Assembly: GCA_963705705.1 (NCBI GenBank)
Contig: CAVPKK010000005.1
Location: 231,363 to 295,362, forward strand
DNA from: an uncultured bacterium
GTDB taxonomy: Bacteria; Babelota; Babeliae; Babelales; JABCYS01
Reading direction: 5' to 3'
Length of the DNA: 64,000 nt
Positions within the stretch are counted from its first letter, which is position 1, and every line of letters begins with the position of its first letter. The notes below the pieces were generated by a model. That model was not told the DNA's origin, did not search any database, and saw only the letters and a list, made by a program, of their open reading frames with translations. Of the stretch, positions 51,292 through 61,221 are shown piece by piece. The translations under genes were made by a program, and so were the position numbers.

Positions 51292-52140
51292 ATGGAATTA
51301 ATACTCCCCAAGAGATTCATGTTATATGCATGCGATCAGAAGATTGAGCATCTCAATCGAAATTTTTGCGGCCCGAACATCCCGCAAGAAATTAATGATC
51401 CTGTTCATTTGTTCAATATTGCATCACGCGGCCGCATCAGCGCAATGGGCACGCAGCTTGGTATGATCACACAATATGGTCCCCAATTTCCGAAGGTTAA
51501 TTACATCGCTAAATTAAATAGCAAAACTAATTTAGTACCAACCGAGCAAAAAGAACCATTCTCTCGCCAATTATGGACCGTTGATCAAGTGGTTGCAACA
51601 AAAAAGAGTGCAAAGCTTTCAATTATTGGTGTTGGCTTAACCGTCTATCTTGGTTCTGAGTTTGAAGATCTGATGTTGGAACAAGCCGCGCAGGCCATTT
51701 ATGAGGCACGCCAGCATGATTTGCTTTCAATTATATGGATGTATCCCCGAGGTAAAGCAGTAACGAATGACCGTGATGGAATGCTTATCGCTGGTGCAGC
51801 GGGTGTTGCGTGCGCACTGGGCGCAGATTTTGCGAAAGTAAATCCACCAGTCAGTGACGCGACTAAAACATCAGCGGAATGGTTGGCGGTAGCATCACAA
51901 GCTGCCGGGAAAACAAAATTGCTGTGTTCTGGCGGTAGTTGCATTCCGCCCCAACAATTTTTGCAAGAATTGCATGAGCAAATTCATATTGGAAATACCG
52001 ATGGCAATGCAACTGGCAGAAATATTTTTTCTTATCCGTTAGTACAAGCTGTCGCTATGACGGAAGCAATTGCAGCCATTACCCTGGATAATGCTTCGGT
52101 GGAAGATGCACTTAAGTTAGTTGAAAAGAAAAAATCATGA
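51292..52140 (+). CDS. fbaB: Class I (DhnA/FbaB-type) fructose-bisphosphate aldolase
   Basis: ACDQKIEH, WMYPRGK, LGADFAKV (Schiff-base Lys), GNATGRNI. Confidence 0.85.
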   Translation: MELILPKRFMLYACDQKIEHLNRNFCGPNIPQEINDPVHLFNIASRGRISAMGTQLGMITQYGPQFPKVNYIAKLNSKTNLVPTEQKEPFSRQLWTVDQVVATKKSAKLSIIGVGLTVYLGSEFEDLMLEQAAQAIYEARQHDLLSIIWMYPRGKAVTNDRDGMLIAGAAGVACALGADFAKVNPPVSDATKTSAEWLAVASQAAGKTKLLCSGGSCIPPQQFLQELHEQIHIGNTDGNATGRNIFSYPLVQAVAMTEAIAAITLDNASVEDALKLVEKKKS

Positions 52141-52157
52141 TATAAAGTTCTCTATGG

Positions 52158-53645
52158 GTGTTTGATGTTGAGAGGGACTTTGTCGTGAAGAAAATTTTAC
52201 TATTACTTATATTCCTCATTTTTCTACCAATACATGCGCTTGAAAAATATTCTAGCCGTTCATTCATGTTTACACGGCCAGCAGCGCATAATTTAGCTGA
52301 AGAATGGGCGATCTGGCATTATTATCAGCGCATGAAAAATGGTCCGGTTAAGGCCTGTGCGCAAGTTATCCCTTTTTACCAATCCACAACATCAGTGTTT
52401 TGTGAAACAGACGATGAAGCTGCACGGTATTTTTTACCCAATTGCAAAACGAAACTTCTTGTTACTGGCGATGCTGTGCCGCCTGTGTTAACCTTGCGTG
52501 ATGTTCGGGCCGAATGGCTTGGCATCAACAATCCAAATTTTTCAGGCACCCTTTCACTCGCGCCGCAACAGAAACAATATGGCGCTATATTTGAGTATCA
52601 GCAGGATTTGGCCGCATTTACCGATTTAAAGTTCTTCGAACCATTCTGGTTCAGCGTCATGCTGCCGTTTGTGGTGGTAAAAAATGATGCCGCACTTCGT
52701 CAATCTAATGTTTTGAATCCCAACTTTAATGGCGGTCCAACTGATATTATTGAAGCATTCAATCAGGGGCCATGGCGATTTTCACACATTTCACCTGCTG
52801 AGCGCCGCAGATCTGGTCTTGCGGAATTTAAAGCAAAATTAGGTGTTACCTTCGCCACGCGCAGAGATGCTGAAGTAATAATGTATACGCTTGTTTCAAT
52901 TCCAACTGGTGGTAAACAATGCGCAGTTAATTTCTTTGATCCATTTCTTGGAAATAATAGTCATTTTACCTACGGAACCGGCGTAGCATTCCAAGTTCCT
53001 TTTTCTGCGGAATGGGATGAAAAACAGTTTTTCTTTTTCGCAGAGGCTGAGCATCTTTATATGTTTGGTAACGACCAACTGCGTACCTTCGACCTTAAAG
53101 GCAAGCCATGGAGTAGATTCTTATTGTTCAATAGTGCCGATGGTCTGCAAACAAATATACCCGGCGTAAATATACTTACGCGCCAGGTGCATGCACGACC
53201 TGATTCATTTGTTGATTTTGTAACTGGCTTCCGCTCACGATGGAATAATGCTTTAGAGGTTGAGCTTGGCTATAACTTATGGGCACACGGTAATGAGCGC
53301 ATTGAGCTTAGACATACCCGATGCTCAGAATGCAATGAGGAGATTTCATTCGAAGCATATGGTATTGCCGGCACGGAAGCTGGAACATCTGCAAGCGAAA
53401 GTAATATTGCCTTCAGGGCGCCGAATGATGCTTCGTTTGTGCCACTTAATCTTTCTGTTATTGATGTTGATAGCGCAGCTGCGGGTGCAGCTATCACGCA
53501 TAAGATCCATGGTGCAATTGGTTATGGCTACAGCGGCGAAAGCTTTGCTGGGTTTATTGCCTTTGGCGGGTTCTATGAAGGTATTCAGAACGATGCAGCA
53601 CTTCAGCAATGGGGTGTCTGGGGCAAAATCGGGGCGACGTTTTAA
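52158..53645 (+). CDS. Putative outer-membrane beta-barrel protein
   Basis: Signal peptide (start may be VKKILL), aromatic alternating strands, C-terminal WGKIGATF. Confidence 0.6.
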   Translation: MFDVERDFVVKKILLLLIFLIFLPIHALEKYSSRSFMFTRPAAHNLAEEWAIWHYYQRMKNGPVKACAQVIPFYQSTTSVFCETDDEAARYFLPNCKTKLLVTGDAVPPVLTLRDVRAEWLGINNPNFSGTLSLAPQQKQYGAIFEYQQDLAAFTDLKFFEPFWFSVMLPFVVVKNDAALRQSNVLNPNFNGGPTDIIEAFNQGPWRFSHISPAERRRSGLAEFKAKLGVTFATRRDAEVIMYTLVSIPTGGKQCAVNFFDPFLGNNSHFTYGTGVAFQVPFSAEWDEKQFFFFAEAEHLYMFGNDQLRTFDLKGKPWSRFLLFNSADGLQTNIPGVNILTRQVHARPDSFVDFVTGFRSRWNNALEVELGYNLWAHGNERIELRHTRCSECNEEISFEAYGIAGTEAGTSASESNIAFRAPNDASFVPLNLSVIDVDSAAAGAAITHKIHGAIGYGYSGESFAGFIAFGGFYEGIQNDAALQQWGVWGKIGATF

Positions 53646-55555
53646 TGAATCAAGATTTATTACAATTCATTGCGTCTAAAGCATACAATATGCGCGTCAA
53701 CACCATTCGCATGACGACGCGAGCAAAATCCGATCATCCAACATCAGTACTTTCATGCGCAGATTTGGTAGCAGCGCTTTTTTTCTATGCCATGCGCTTT
53801 GATCCCAATAATCATAATAATCCAAATAATGACCGCTTTGTTTTATCCAAGGGGCATGCGTCAGCCGTTTTGTATACCGTATACAAGGAGCTTGGCGTAT
53901 TGACCGAAGAAGAGTTAATGACCTATCGGGATTTCAACTCTATTCTTGAAGGCCACCCAACACCGCGCTTTGATCGTATAGATGTTGCAACCGGGTCACT
54001 TGGCCAGGGTTTAAGTATGGGCCTTGGAATGGCGTTGGTAGGACGACTCGATGAGCGAAATTATCGTACCTGGGTTTTAATGGGTGATTCGGAAAGTTCA
54101 GAAGGATCAGTTTGGGAAGCGGCCGAGTTAGCTCATTATTATCATACTGATCATTTAATCGCCATCCTAGATATTAATCGACTTGGTCAAACGGGGCCAA
54201 CAATGGATGGCTGGGATATTGAGCGATACGTCAACAAATTTGCCGCATTTGGTTGGCATACAATTGCAATCAATGGCCACGATCTTAAGGAAATTTGTGC
54301 CGCGTATGATGAAGCCAAACTGATTACGGGCAAGCCAATCATTATTTTAGCCAAAACGATTAAGGGCTACGGCGTTGAGATGGTTGAGGATAAAAATGGT
54401 TACCATGGGAAAGTATTCTCATCCCAACAGGAGCCGGAAGTACTGCGAGAACTTGCCGATCATTTTAAAGATGTTGCACAGTATCATGGCAATTATCATT
54501 GGAAGCCTAATCTACCCATTGCCGATACAGCTATAGCCAACAAAATTGAAATTAATGATCAATATACGTCCAAACTTAAAAATTTTATTAGTGGGCAAAC
54601 ATCTGTTGCATCAAAAACTGATGTACAAATTGCGACACGTCGTGCCTATGGTGCAGCATTAGCAGCATTGGGTGATACAAATAAACAAATTGTGAGTCTT
54701 GATGCTGAAGTAAAAAATTCCACCTTTGCAGAGCTGTTTGAGCAGCAGCATCCAAAACGATTCTTTCAATGTTTTGTTGCCGAGCAAAATATGGTGAGCA
54801 TGGGTGTTGGCATGGCATCGCGAGGAAAGCTTCCTTTTTGTTCTACATTTGCCTCATTCTTATCCCGCACAGTTGATCAAATTCGTATGGCTGCAATCGG
54901 CAGGTCAAAAGTAAAGTTGGTCGGATCCCATGCTGGTGTTTCAATTGGGCAAGATGGTCCATCGCAAATGGGGCTTGAAGATATTGCCTACATGCGTGCA
55001 ATTCCAAATTCGGTAATTTTATATCCCTGTGATGCAGTAAGTGCATGGAAATTGGTAGCGGAATTGGCTAGCTATGATGGTATTGGATACCTGCGGACTA
55101 CACGCCCAAAAACGCCGGTTATCTATGCTATAGACCAAAAATTCTCCATTGGCGGGAGTCATGTGCTACGCTCATATGATAAAGCTCATGCGTGTATTGT
55201 GGCTGCCGGCTATACAATTTTTGAGGCGCTTAAGGCGCATGACCTGCTTCGCGAGAAAAATATAGTGGTCAATGTAATCGATTTGTATTCAATCAAACCA
55301 ATTGATAAAAAAACTTTATTTGAAACGGCGCGTCGTTCTAACAATTACGTGATTACGGTCGAAGATCATTACTTACAAGGCGGCATTGGGGAGGCGGTGA
55401 CATATGAACTCCGCAATGAAAATATTGCCATTACCTGCCTAGCTGTTCATAAATTACCTCGTTCCGGTAAACCAGAAGATCTGTATGCCTATGAAGGAAT
55501 TGACGCGGCATCGATTGTGGCAACAGTTAATAAGTTGGTTGGCACCAGCGCTTGA
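53645..55555 (+). CDS. tkt: Transketolase
   Basis: DRFVLSKGHA, ATGSLGQG, MGDSESSEG, GQDGPSQM; ATG overlaps upstream TAA (TAATG). Confidence 0.92.
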   Translation: MNQDLLQFIASKAYNMRVNTIRMTTRAKSDHPTSVLSCADLVAALFFYAMRFDPNNHNNPNNDRFVLSKGHASAVLYTVYKELGVLTEEELMTYRDFNSILEGHPTPRFDRIDVATGSLGQGLSMGLGMALVGRLDERNYRTWVLMGDSESSEGSVWEAAELAHYYHTDHLIAILDINRLGQTGPTMDGWDIERYVNKFAAFGWHTIAINGHDLKEICAAYDEAKLITGKPIIILAKTIKGYGVEMVEDKNGYHGKVFSSQQEPEVLRELADHFKDVAQYHGNYHWKPNLPIADTAIANKIEINDQYTSKLKNFISGQTSVASKTDVQIATRRAYGAALAALGDTNKQIVSLDAEVKNSTFAELFEQQHPKRFFQCFVAEQNMVSMGVGMASRGKLPFCSTFASFLSRTVDQIRMAAIGRSKVKLVGSHAGVSIGQDGPSQMGLEDIAYMRAIPNSVILYPCDAVSAWKLVAELASYDGIGYLRTTRPKTPVIYAIDQKFSIGGSHVLRSYDKAHACIVAAGYTIFEALKAHDLLREKNIVVNVIDLYSIKPIDKKTLFETARRSNNYVITVEDHYLQGGIGEAVTYELRNENIAITCLAVHKLPRSGKPEDLYAYEGIDAASIVATVNKLVGTSA

Positions 55556-56321
55556 GCTGCAGCTATTCATTACGCTTTGCAGCCTGCCTATACTTACGTG
55601 GTGGGGTATGCCAACTTCTAGCATGACAATAGTTGGCAATCTATTATTCGCACCATTTCTTACCATTTTTTTATTTCTTTCGACTCTTATTTGTACAGCA
55701 ACTATCTTGCACATACCCTGCGGGTGGATTTGCTCAGCTACCAACTGGTGGCATGCATTATGGATGAAATTGTTGCGCGTCGGCTCCTCGAATTGGCTTA
55801 TTTATAGTCATCAACAGCTGGTATTGATCTTTGTATTTATTGCGGGTGTAGGATTTTTAATTTTGCACGCGCGTGCATGGTATCAATCTCATCGTATTGC
55901 CGGGTTAACCGCATCGTTAGTAATTGCTTGGCTGTGTTCTTATTATTCGCGGCCCATAGACCTTGAATCGTTTAGTATTGGCTGTGGTCGAAGTACCGTT
56001 GAAGTGAGTATGGGGCATGGTCAAATAATGGTAACTGATCAAGAGGGTGCGCTTTCTCGAATGGGCGATGCGAAAAATTGGATTCGCTATCAACTTGCAG
56101 GGGAGCTTATCAAGCATTGTGGCACACCACATATACATACATTTAGTGAAAAGGTTGGCAATTATAGAAGTTATAAGGCACTGGGCCAATTGAGTGCCTT
56201 GCTGCAGGTTGAGTATATACAATGCCCGGCTCCCCCACCGCAAGTAAAAAAACGTGATTTATATGTTGCGTGTATTGAACAGATAGCAAATGTACGTAAC
56301 ACCAGCATACGAATTGTTTAG
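55485..56321 (+). CDS. ComEC/Rec2-like membrane protein (partial Competence domain)
   Basis: QLFITLCSLPIL...VGNLLFAPFL typical of ComEC; remnant FSIGCG; start uncertain. Confidence 0.5.
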   Translation: MPMKELTRHRLWQQLISWLAPALELQLFITLCSLPILTWWGMPTSSMTIVGNLLFAPFLTIFLFLSTLICTATILHIPCGWICSATNWWHALWMKLLRVGSSNWLIYSHQQLVLIFVFIAGVGFLILHARAWYQSHRIAGLTASLVIAWLCSYYSRPIDLESFSIGCGRSTVEVSMGHGQIMVTDQEGALSRMGDAKNWIRYQLAGELIKHCGTPHIHTFSEKVGNYRSYKALGQLSALLQVEYIQCPAPPPQVKKRDLYVACIEQIANVRNTSIRIV

Positions 56322-56815
56322 ACGCTTGCGTGTCCATTGTAGGCTTCAGCGGTTTGTGCCTTTTTTCCGCGTTGTGTAGGTTTGGCAGAAGGTTGTTCTG
56401 ATGGCGCAGTAGGCATGGGAGTAGCGGCTTGTACAATCTTTTTTGCTTTTGGTTTAGGTTGTTGGGGTGCCGTTGTGGCGATTTTGCCAGCTGGTGGTGT
56501 TTTGCTACCAGTTTGTTTAGCTTGCAAGAATTTATCTTGCTCGCCATTATTCATTTGGTGCCATTCAGCAGTATTTATTGGGCCATGTGCAAACTGACCA
56601 CGTATAAAATCGCCGTTATCATCATCTAGCCAAACAACTAGGTTAGATTGCGGTCCGCTTTTCTTGCCTAAGGCAACACAATCTTCCCAGGTATTAATCC
56701 CTTGGTTTGTTTTGCGCGTTGCAGGCTTATTAAGTTCTTGATAATTGCATGTATACCCATGCAAAAGTGTGCCGATAGTAAAGCTCATGAGCAATATCAC
56801 ACGATGTATATTCAT
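56318..56815 (-). CDS. Hypothetical secreted protein with P/K/T-rich tail
   Basis: Signal peptide; low-complexity C-terminus. Confidence 0.6.
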   Translation of the reverse strand: MNIHRVILLMSFTIGTLLHGYTCNYQELNKPATRKTNQGINTWEDCVALGKKSGPQSNLVVWLDDDNGDFIRGQFAHGPINTAEWHQMNNGEQDKFLQAKQTGSKTPPAGKIATTAPQQPKPKAKKIVQAATPMPTAPSEQPSAKPTQRGKKAQTAEAYNGHASV

Positions 56816-56822
56816 TGCAGTT

Positions 56823-57179
56823 TTATTTAGTGGTTACATGCTGCTTAGCTGCTATAGCTAAATCAGCCTTTACGTCTAAATTCTGTAATTGATGGTCTAG
56901 ATCTAGTACGACCCTTTTTTGACTGGCAATTGCTTTTTCAATGTCATTAACATTTTTTTGGGCTTTGTTTATCAATACTTCGTGTCCAAGATCTTTTCCA
57001 AGCTTCAGAGTTGCATTGGCTGCTTCGAGCGAAGTTTGCATTTTGCGTAGAGATCGTTCGGCTTTTTCACGAGCCTCGTGTAATGTTTTTTGCGTATCGG
57101 TTTTATTAACTTGTGCAGCTACGTTTGCAGATCCAAGTGTAAAAAGCGTGATGATGCTTAAAATGTGTAGATTCTTCAT
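56823..57179 (-). CDS. Hypothetical secreted coiled-coil protein
   Basis: AAGGAG RBS, signal peptide, TTGCAT-N18-TATACT promoter at 57219-57248. Confidence 0.7.
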   Translation of the reverse strand: MKNLHILSIITLFTLGSANVAAQVNKTDTQKTLHEAREKAERSLRKMQTSLEAANATLKLGKDLGHEVLINKAQKNVNDIEKAIASQKRVVLDLDHQLQNLDVKADLAIAAKQHVTTK

Positions 57180-57309
57180 ACTAAACTCCTTTTTGTTGAG
57201 ATTCTCGTTCTTTCATTAAGTATAGATTTTGCTGAAGCTGATATGCAAGGGTTACGATTTGATACTCAGGCAAAAAACATAATAATGAAAAAAATTGACT
57301 GAATTATGA

Positions 57310-58623
57310 CTATTGCTCAGCCAAAATCTTTCGCGTTTCAGTTTTATAGAGCTCAACATTTGGCTGATCAAATGGGTTAACTTCAAACAAGAATCCGAGA
57401 TACATCATTTCAATCATATAAAATTGGAGAAGCTGGCCGATATTCTCGGGGCTCATACGCGGTAACACGATAGAGTAAAAAGGGCGTTTATTGCTGCGAT
57501 AAGCAGCGCGCACGCCCTCTAAAATTGCTTCCATTACATCTGAGACATTTCGTCCCTGGATTTTGGCAACGAACTGCTCAAACTCGGGCATGTGTGGGAT
57601 CAAAAGTTCATGGGAGGGATGTTCCAATTCGACAAACGTAGTGAACTTATCACGAGGGCCACCGAGATATAGTTGCCCTACTGAATGCAAATCGATGGTG
57701 CCCACAGATACGGTGGGGGTAATGCCAACTTCTACTCGTTGGTTGCGAGTATTAAGTTCCTTACCAATACTTTCACCTAATAGTTGGCGATACCAGAGCC
57801 CAATACCTTGCGCATCAATAGCAAAAACAAAAAAATCATTGATATTCACACATTGTTGGTACTGTATAAATTTGATTATGGCGCTCATTGCCGCAGGATT
57901 TTCCAAGATATTAGGTGAGATGCAAGTAGGTACAATTTCCTTTGCGCCAGCCAGAATCCGCTCAATATTAATGCCAAGCAAACTGAGAGGGAATAAACCT
58001 ACTGAACTAAATACAGAATAGCGTCCGCCAATCTTGGGTGGGATTGCTAATGTTGCAAAGCCTGCGTTTTCGGCAAACTGTGAGAAGGCAGAGCCGTCAT
58101 CGGAGATTACGACCACATATTGTTGATAATCCTCAGGGTGATATTTTTTGAGTACGTTGAGAAATAGTTCGAAATTGATAATGGTTTCGGTTGTAGTACC
58201 AGATTTAGTGATGGCATTAATAATGATGTTATTACCATCTTTGAGCTCTTCTTCCACCCGCTGTAGATGACGAGCAAGGGTGTCACTATCTATGGTATCG
58301 GCACAGATTAAATCAGTTGTCTGATCATCTTGAGCGCGCGCACCTAATGCTTGATAAATTGCTACGGTTCCTAAATTTGAACCACCAATGCCAATTAATA
58401 CCAATAACGAAGGCTTGAGAGCCTTTTTTTCTTGAACTAATAATTGAATTTTTGATATGTTTTGCTGATCGAAGGGCGCGTTTATCGAAGCATAAGGTGT
58501 ATCATATTTGTGTGATCGTGCTTGCCCGATGCGCTGTATTTCGGATATTAATTCTTTTCCTACATGCTCCATTTCTTGAGCAGATACCAGACTATCCTCA
58601 AATTGAAATTTAATTGATTCCAC
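57310..58623 (-). CDS. pgi: Glucose-6-phosphate isomerase
   Basis: IGIGGSNLG, TKSGTTTET, IGGRYSV, QLLGESIGK, DLHSVGQ, NPFDQPNVELYK. Confidence 0.93.
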   Translation of the reverse strand: MESIKFQFEDSLVSAQEMEHVGKELISEIQRIGQARSHKYDTPYASINAPFDQQNISKIQLLVQEKKALKPSLLVLIGIGGSNLGTVAIYQALGARAQDDQTTDLICADTIDSDTLARHLQRVEEELKDGNNIIINAITKSGTTTETIINFELFLNVLKKYHPEDYQQYVVVISDDGSAFSQFAENAGFATLAIPPKIGGRYSVFSSVGLFPLSLLGINIERILAGAKEIVPTCISPNILENPAAMSAIIKFIQYQQCVNINDFFVFAIDAQGIGLWYRQLLGESIGKELNTRNQRVEVGITPTVSVGTIDLHSVGQLYLGGPRDKFTTFVELEHPSHELLIPHMPEFEQFVAKIQGRNVSDVMEAILEGVRAAYRSNKRPFYSIVLPRMSPENIGQLLQFYMIEMMYLGFLFEVNPFDQPNVELYKTETRKILAEQ

Positions 58624-58641
58624 TACTATCCTTTAGTTAAT

Positions 58642-58696
58642 CCCGTTCGTCCTGAGTATTTTGCGGCAGCAAAATGTATCGAAGGATACGAATGGG
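58642..58696 (+). repeat. REP-like palindrome with inserted hairpin
   Basis: CCCGTTCGTCCTGAGT[ATTTTGCGGCAGCAAAAT]GTATCGAAGGATACGAATGGG. Confidence 0.6.
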
Positions 58697-58794
58697 TGTT
58701 ATTCAATATTTAGGTGGCGATTGACCGAAATTTGGCCACGCGGTAGCATAGCAATGTCATTTGTATCGTTTTTTAAGGAAGGGATCAACTAATC

Positions 58795-59223
58795 ATGAAA
58801 CGATTTGCATTATCCGCAGCTGTTTTATTTGCAGGCATGAATGTTTTTGCTACTAAGATTCATAGAGGGGCCGAAAAATCCACATTCAGCAATATTATCA
58901 GCATTACAAATGTTAATGATTTCAAAGCATTTACCAAAAATAATAAATCACTGATTGTGGTAGAAGTATTTTCCGCTACATGCCCTGCATGCTCAAAGAT
59001 AGCGCCAACAGTAACTGAATTGGCCCAAAAATATCCGCAGGTTAACTTTGTCCAAGTTAAATATCAGGATGCAGAAAGCATCGTTGATTATCTCGATAGA
59101 TCTGTTTTCGAAGTGTCTAGTTTCCCAACCTTTATTTTTTACAAAAATAGTGAAGTCAAAGGCTCATTAGTCGGTGCAAATAAAGACAAGCTTAAAAATC
59201 AAGTTGCGGCGCTGGCTTCATAA
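58795..59223 (+). CDS. Exported thioredoxin-family protein
   Basis: CPAC motif, SFPTFIFYKN, signal-like N-terminus. Confidence 0.85.
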   Translation: MKRFALSAAVLFAGMNVFATKIHRGAEKSTFSNIISITNVNDFKAFTKNNKSLIVVEVFSATCPACSKIAPTVTELAQKYPQVNFVQVKYQDAESIVDYLDRSVFEVSSFPTFIFYKNSEVKGSLVGANKDKLKNQVAALAS

Positions 59224-59235
59224 TTTAGTAATCAT

Positions 59236-59263
59236 AAAAAAAGGGAGGCAGATGCCTCCCTTT
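59236..59263. terminator. Bidirectional terminator
   Basis: AAAAAAAGGGAGGCAGATGCCTCCCTTT between convergent genes. Confidence 0.75.
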
Positions 59264-59279
59264 AAATATTCAGAAAAAT

Positions 59280-59723
59280 TTATTCGTTGTTATCATCGGT
59301 AACAGCCGTTTTGGCTCTTCCAGCAAGCTCTTTAGTCTTTTGCCAGCCTTCTTTGCCTAATTCTTCAGCCTTGTGTCCGAGCTCTTTGGCTTTTTCTGCG
59401 CCAGCTCGTCCAAATTCTTGAGCTTTTTGTAGGCCAGCCTTGCCTGCTTCTTTTGTTTTTTCTAAGCCAGTTTTTCCAACTGTTTTACTCTTTTCAGCAC
59501 CGGCATGGCCTAATTCTTTGGCCTTTTTCCAACCGGCTTCGCTGATTTCTTTAGTTTTTTCCCAACCAGCTTTTCCGAATTCCTTAACTTTTTCTAAGCC
59601 GGCTTCGCCCATTTGTTCTGCTTCATGGCCAACCTCTGAGGCTTTTTCTTTAGTCTCAGCCCACCAAGTCTTGGCTATACAGGTGCTACTCAAAATAGCT
59701 AATGACAATAAACATTTTTTCAT
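59280..59723 (-). CDS. Secreted LEA-like protein with 11-mer repeats
   Basis: AGGAG RBS + MKKCLL; repeats such as EKTKEAGKAGL. Confidence 0.75.
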   Translation of the reverse strand: MKKCLLSLAILSSTCIAKTWWAETKEKASEVGHEAEQMGEAGLEKVKEFGKAGWEKTKEISEAGWKKAKELGHAGAEKSKTVGKTGLEKTKEAGKAGLQKAQEFGRAGAEKAKELGHKAEELGKEGWQKTKELAGRAKTAVTDDNNE

Positions 59724-59747
59724 GATCTCTCCTTTTATCAATTTTTA

Positions 59748-59894
59748 TTACAAATTTTTATGTGCAGTTTCTTTCTCATGGTGAACTGGTTTGTGAGCTG
59801 GCTGTTTTGGGTTCCCACGCGGAACAATTTTTGCATTCAAATCTATTGAGAAAAGGCCAACGATGGAGGCAACCAGTAAAAAATTTTTCTTCAT
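59748..59894 (-). CDS. 48-aa putative secreted peptide (below ORF-track cutoff)
   Basis: MKKNFLLVASIVGLFSIDLNAKIVPRGNPKQPAHKPVHHEKETAHKNL*; signal-peptide pattern. Confidence 0.5.
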   Translation of the reverse strand: MKKNFLLVASIVGLFSIDLNAKIVPRGNPKQPAHKPVHHEKETAHKNL

Positions 59895-59942
59895 GGGATC
59901 ACTATGTTTGTAAGATTATTGCTGCATGATTTTACTTGATAC

Positions 59943-59972
59943 AAAAAAATGAGGGGACTGTTACGTCCCCCC
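59943..59972 (-). terminator. Intrinsic terminator
   Basis: GGGGAC...GTCCCC hairpin with T tract on minus strand. Confidence 0.6.
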
Positions 59973-59986
59973 TACAAATTCAATAA

Positions 59987-60301
59987 TTATTCAGCGGCTT
60001 CGGTTGCTTCAGGTTGAGCTGCTTTCATTGATCGTTTTGACTTGACCATAGTCTTAGGTGCAGCCTCAGATCCTTCCTTCTTTATCCCCTTAACGTGGAT
60101 TTCTCGTATTTCTCCTGCTGGAGTTTTGTATTGGAAGTATTTGCCACCCTTAAGCCATTGGCCAGTTAGCTGTTCACCTTTTAGAGTGGTTACAGTTTCT
60201 TGCTGACCTTTAGCGGTTGCTTCTTCTCTTTTCCAAGCATTCGCATGGGAAGTAGCCAATAGGCCTACCAATAGAGCGAATGAAAATAGTTTATTGTTCA
60301 T
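59987..60301 (-). CDS. Hypothetical small secreted protein
   Basis: AGGAG RBS, signal peptide ending ANA. Confidence 0.7.
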   Translation of the reverse strand: MNNKLFSFALLVGLLATSHANAWKREEATAKGQQETVTTLKGEQLTGQWLKGGKYFQYKTPAGEIREIHVKGIKKEGSEAAPKTMVKSKRSMKAAQPEATEAAE

Positions 60302-60548
60302 AGGATTCTCCTAATTATAGGTGTTATACGGTTCGGGCACATACTAATTGCCCAAATACTATCCTGAAAATAACACATGCCATTTTTAAAATGCAAGAGT
60401 TTCTATCCTTGGGTCATCAAAAAACTGACTCATAATTAATATTTTATGTTATGTGGCCTTAAAAACTCTTGCTTTTTAAATAAAACATTAGTTACTATCA
60501 GAAACGATCATAAAAAATATTGTTTATATAACAACATTGGAGAACATA

Positions 60549-60935
60549 ATGAAGCTATCTTTAAAAGCATTATTTTTAACAGCTGCATGCGGAGCGGGAG
60601 CTTTGATTGCAAGCGAGCAGATAATTGAACAGGAAGAAGGTCCTTTTCAACAAGTAGTTGTGGCTGGTCACCCAGGCATACACCCAATGCCAGCGCCAGG
60701 TTATGTGACATATCCTGAAGTTCAGCATCCCAGACCGCATAGAGTGATCAGGCGTAAATATACCGTTCGCGATGATGGTTTTGTGGCGCGCAAGGTCAAA
60801 ATAGTTCAGGAGCCAGGCGAGATTAAACAAGAAGTCAAAATTAAACATGAAGGTCCTGCCGGTGAAGTTGAGCGCAAAATAAAAACTAAGCGCTTTGATC
60901 GCAGTGAAATGATTCCAACTGAAGAACAACTGTAG
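60549..60935 (+). CDS. Hypothetical small secreted protein
   Basis: GGAG RBS + MKLSLK signal peptide. Confidence 0.7.
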   Translation: MKLSLKALFLTAACGAGALIASEQIIEQEEGPFQQVVVAGHPGIHPMPAPGYVTYPEVQHPRPHRVIRRKYTVRDDGFVARKVKIVQEPGEIKQEVKIKHEGPAGEVERKIKTKRFDRSEMIPTEEQL

Positions 60936-60963
60936 TTAAGCATTAAACAAAAAGGAATAACAA

Positions 60964-61221
60964 ATGAAGCTTAATTTCAAGTCATTATTTTTGGTAACGA
61001 TCTTGGGAATCTCAACGATCTTTACCTCAGCTGAAGCAACTTGCTGCAGAAGGCCACGGCCATGTGCGGTTGTGGTTAGAAGACAACCATGCCAACCAAG
61101 ACAGCGATGCTGCAGACCACGGTGTGGTTACAGACGTCAAGGATGTTGCCCCCGTCCGGTACGAGTTGTACGGGTTAGAACCTGTGCTCCGCGACCATGT
61201 TTCCGTGGATGCACTCGATAA
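60964..61221 (+). CDS. Secreted Cys/Arg-rich peptide
   Basis: AAGGA RBS, signal ending AEA, 60-aa mature part with 12 Cys and 18 Arg. Confidence 0.7.
   Translation: MKLNFKSLFLVTILGISTIFTSAEATCCRRPRPCAVVVRRQPCQPRQRCCRPRCGYRRQGCCPRPVRVVRVRTCAPRPCFRGCTR

Noticed and set aside
59300..59660. CRISPR-like periodic repeats
   Set aside because: 33-nt periodicity reflects degenerate 11-aa coding repeats; no spacers or cas genes
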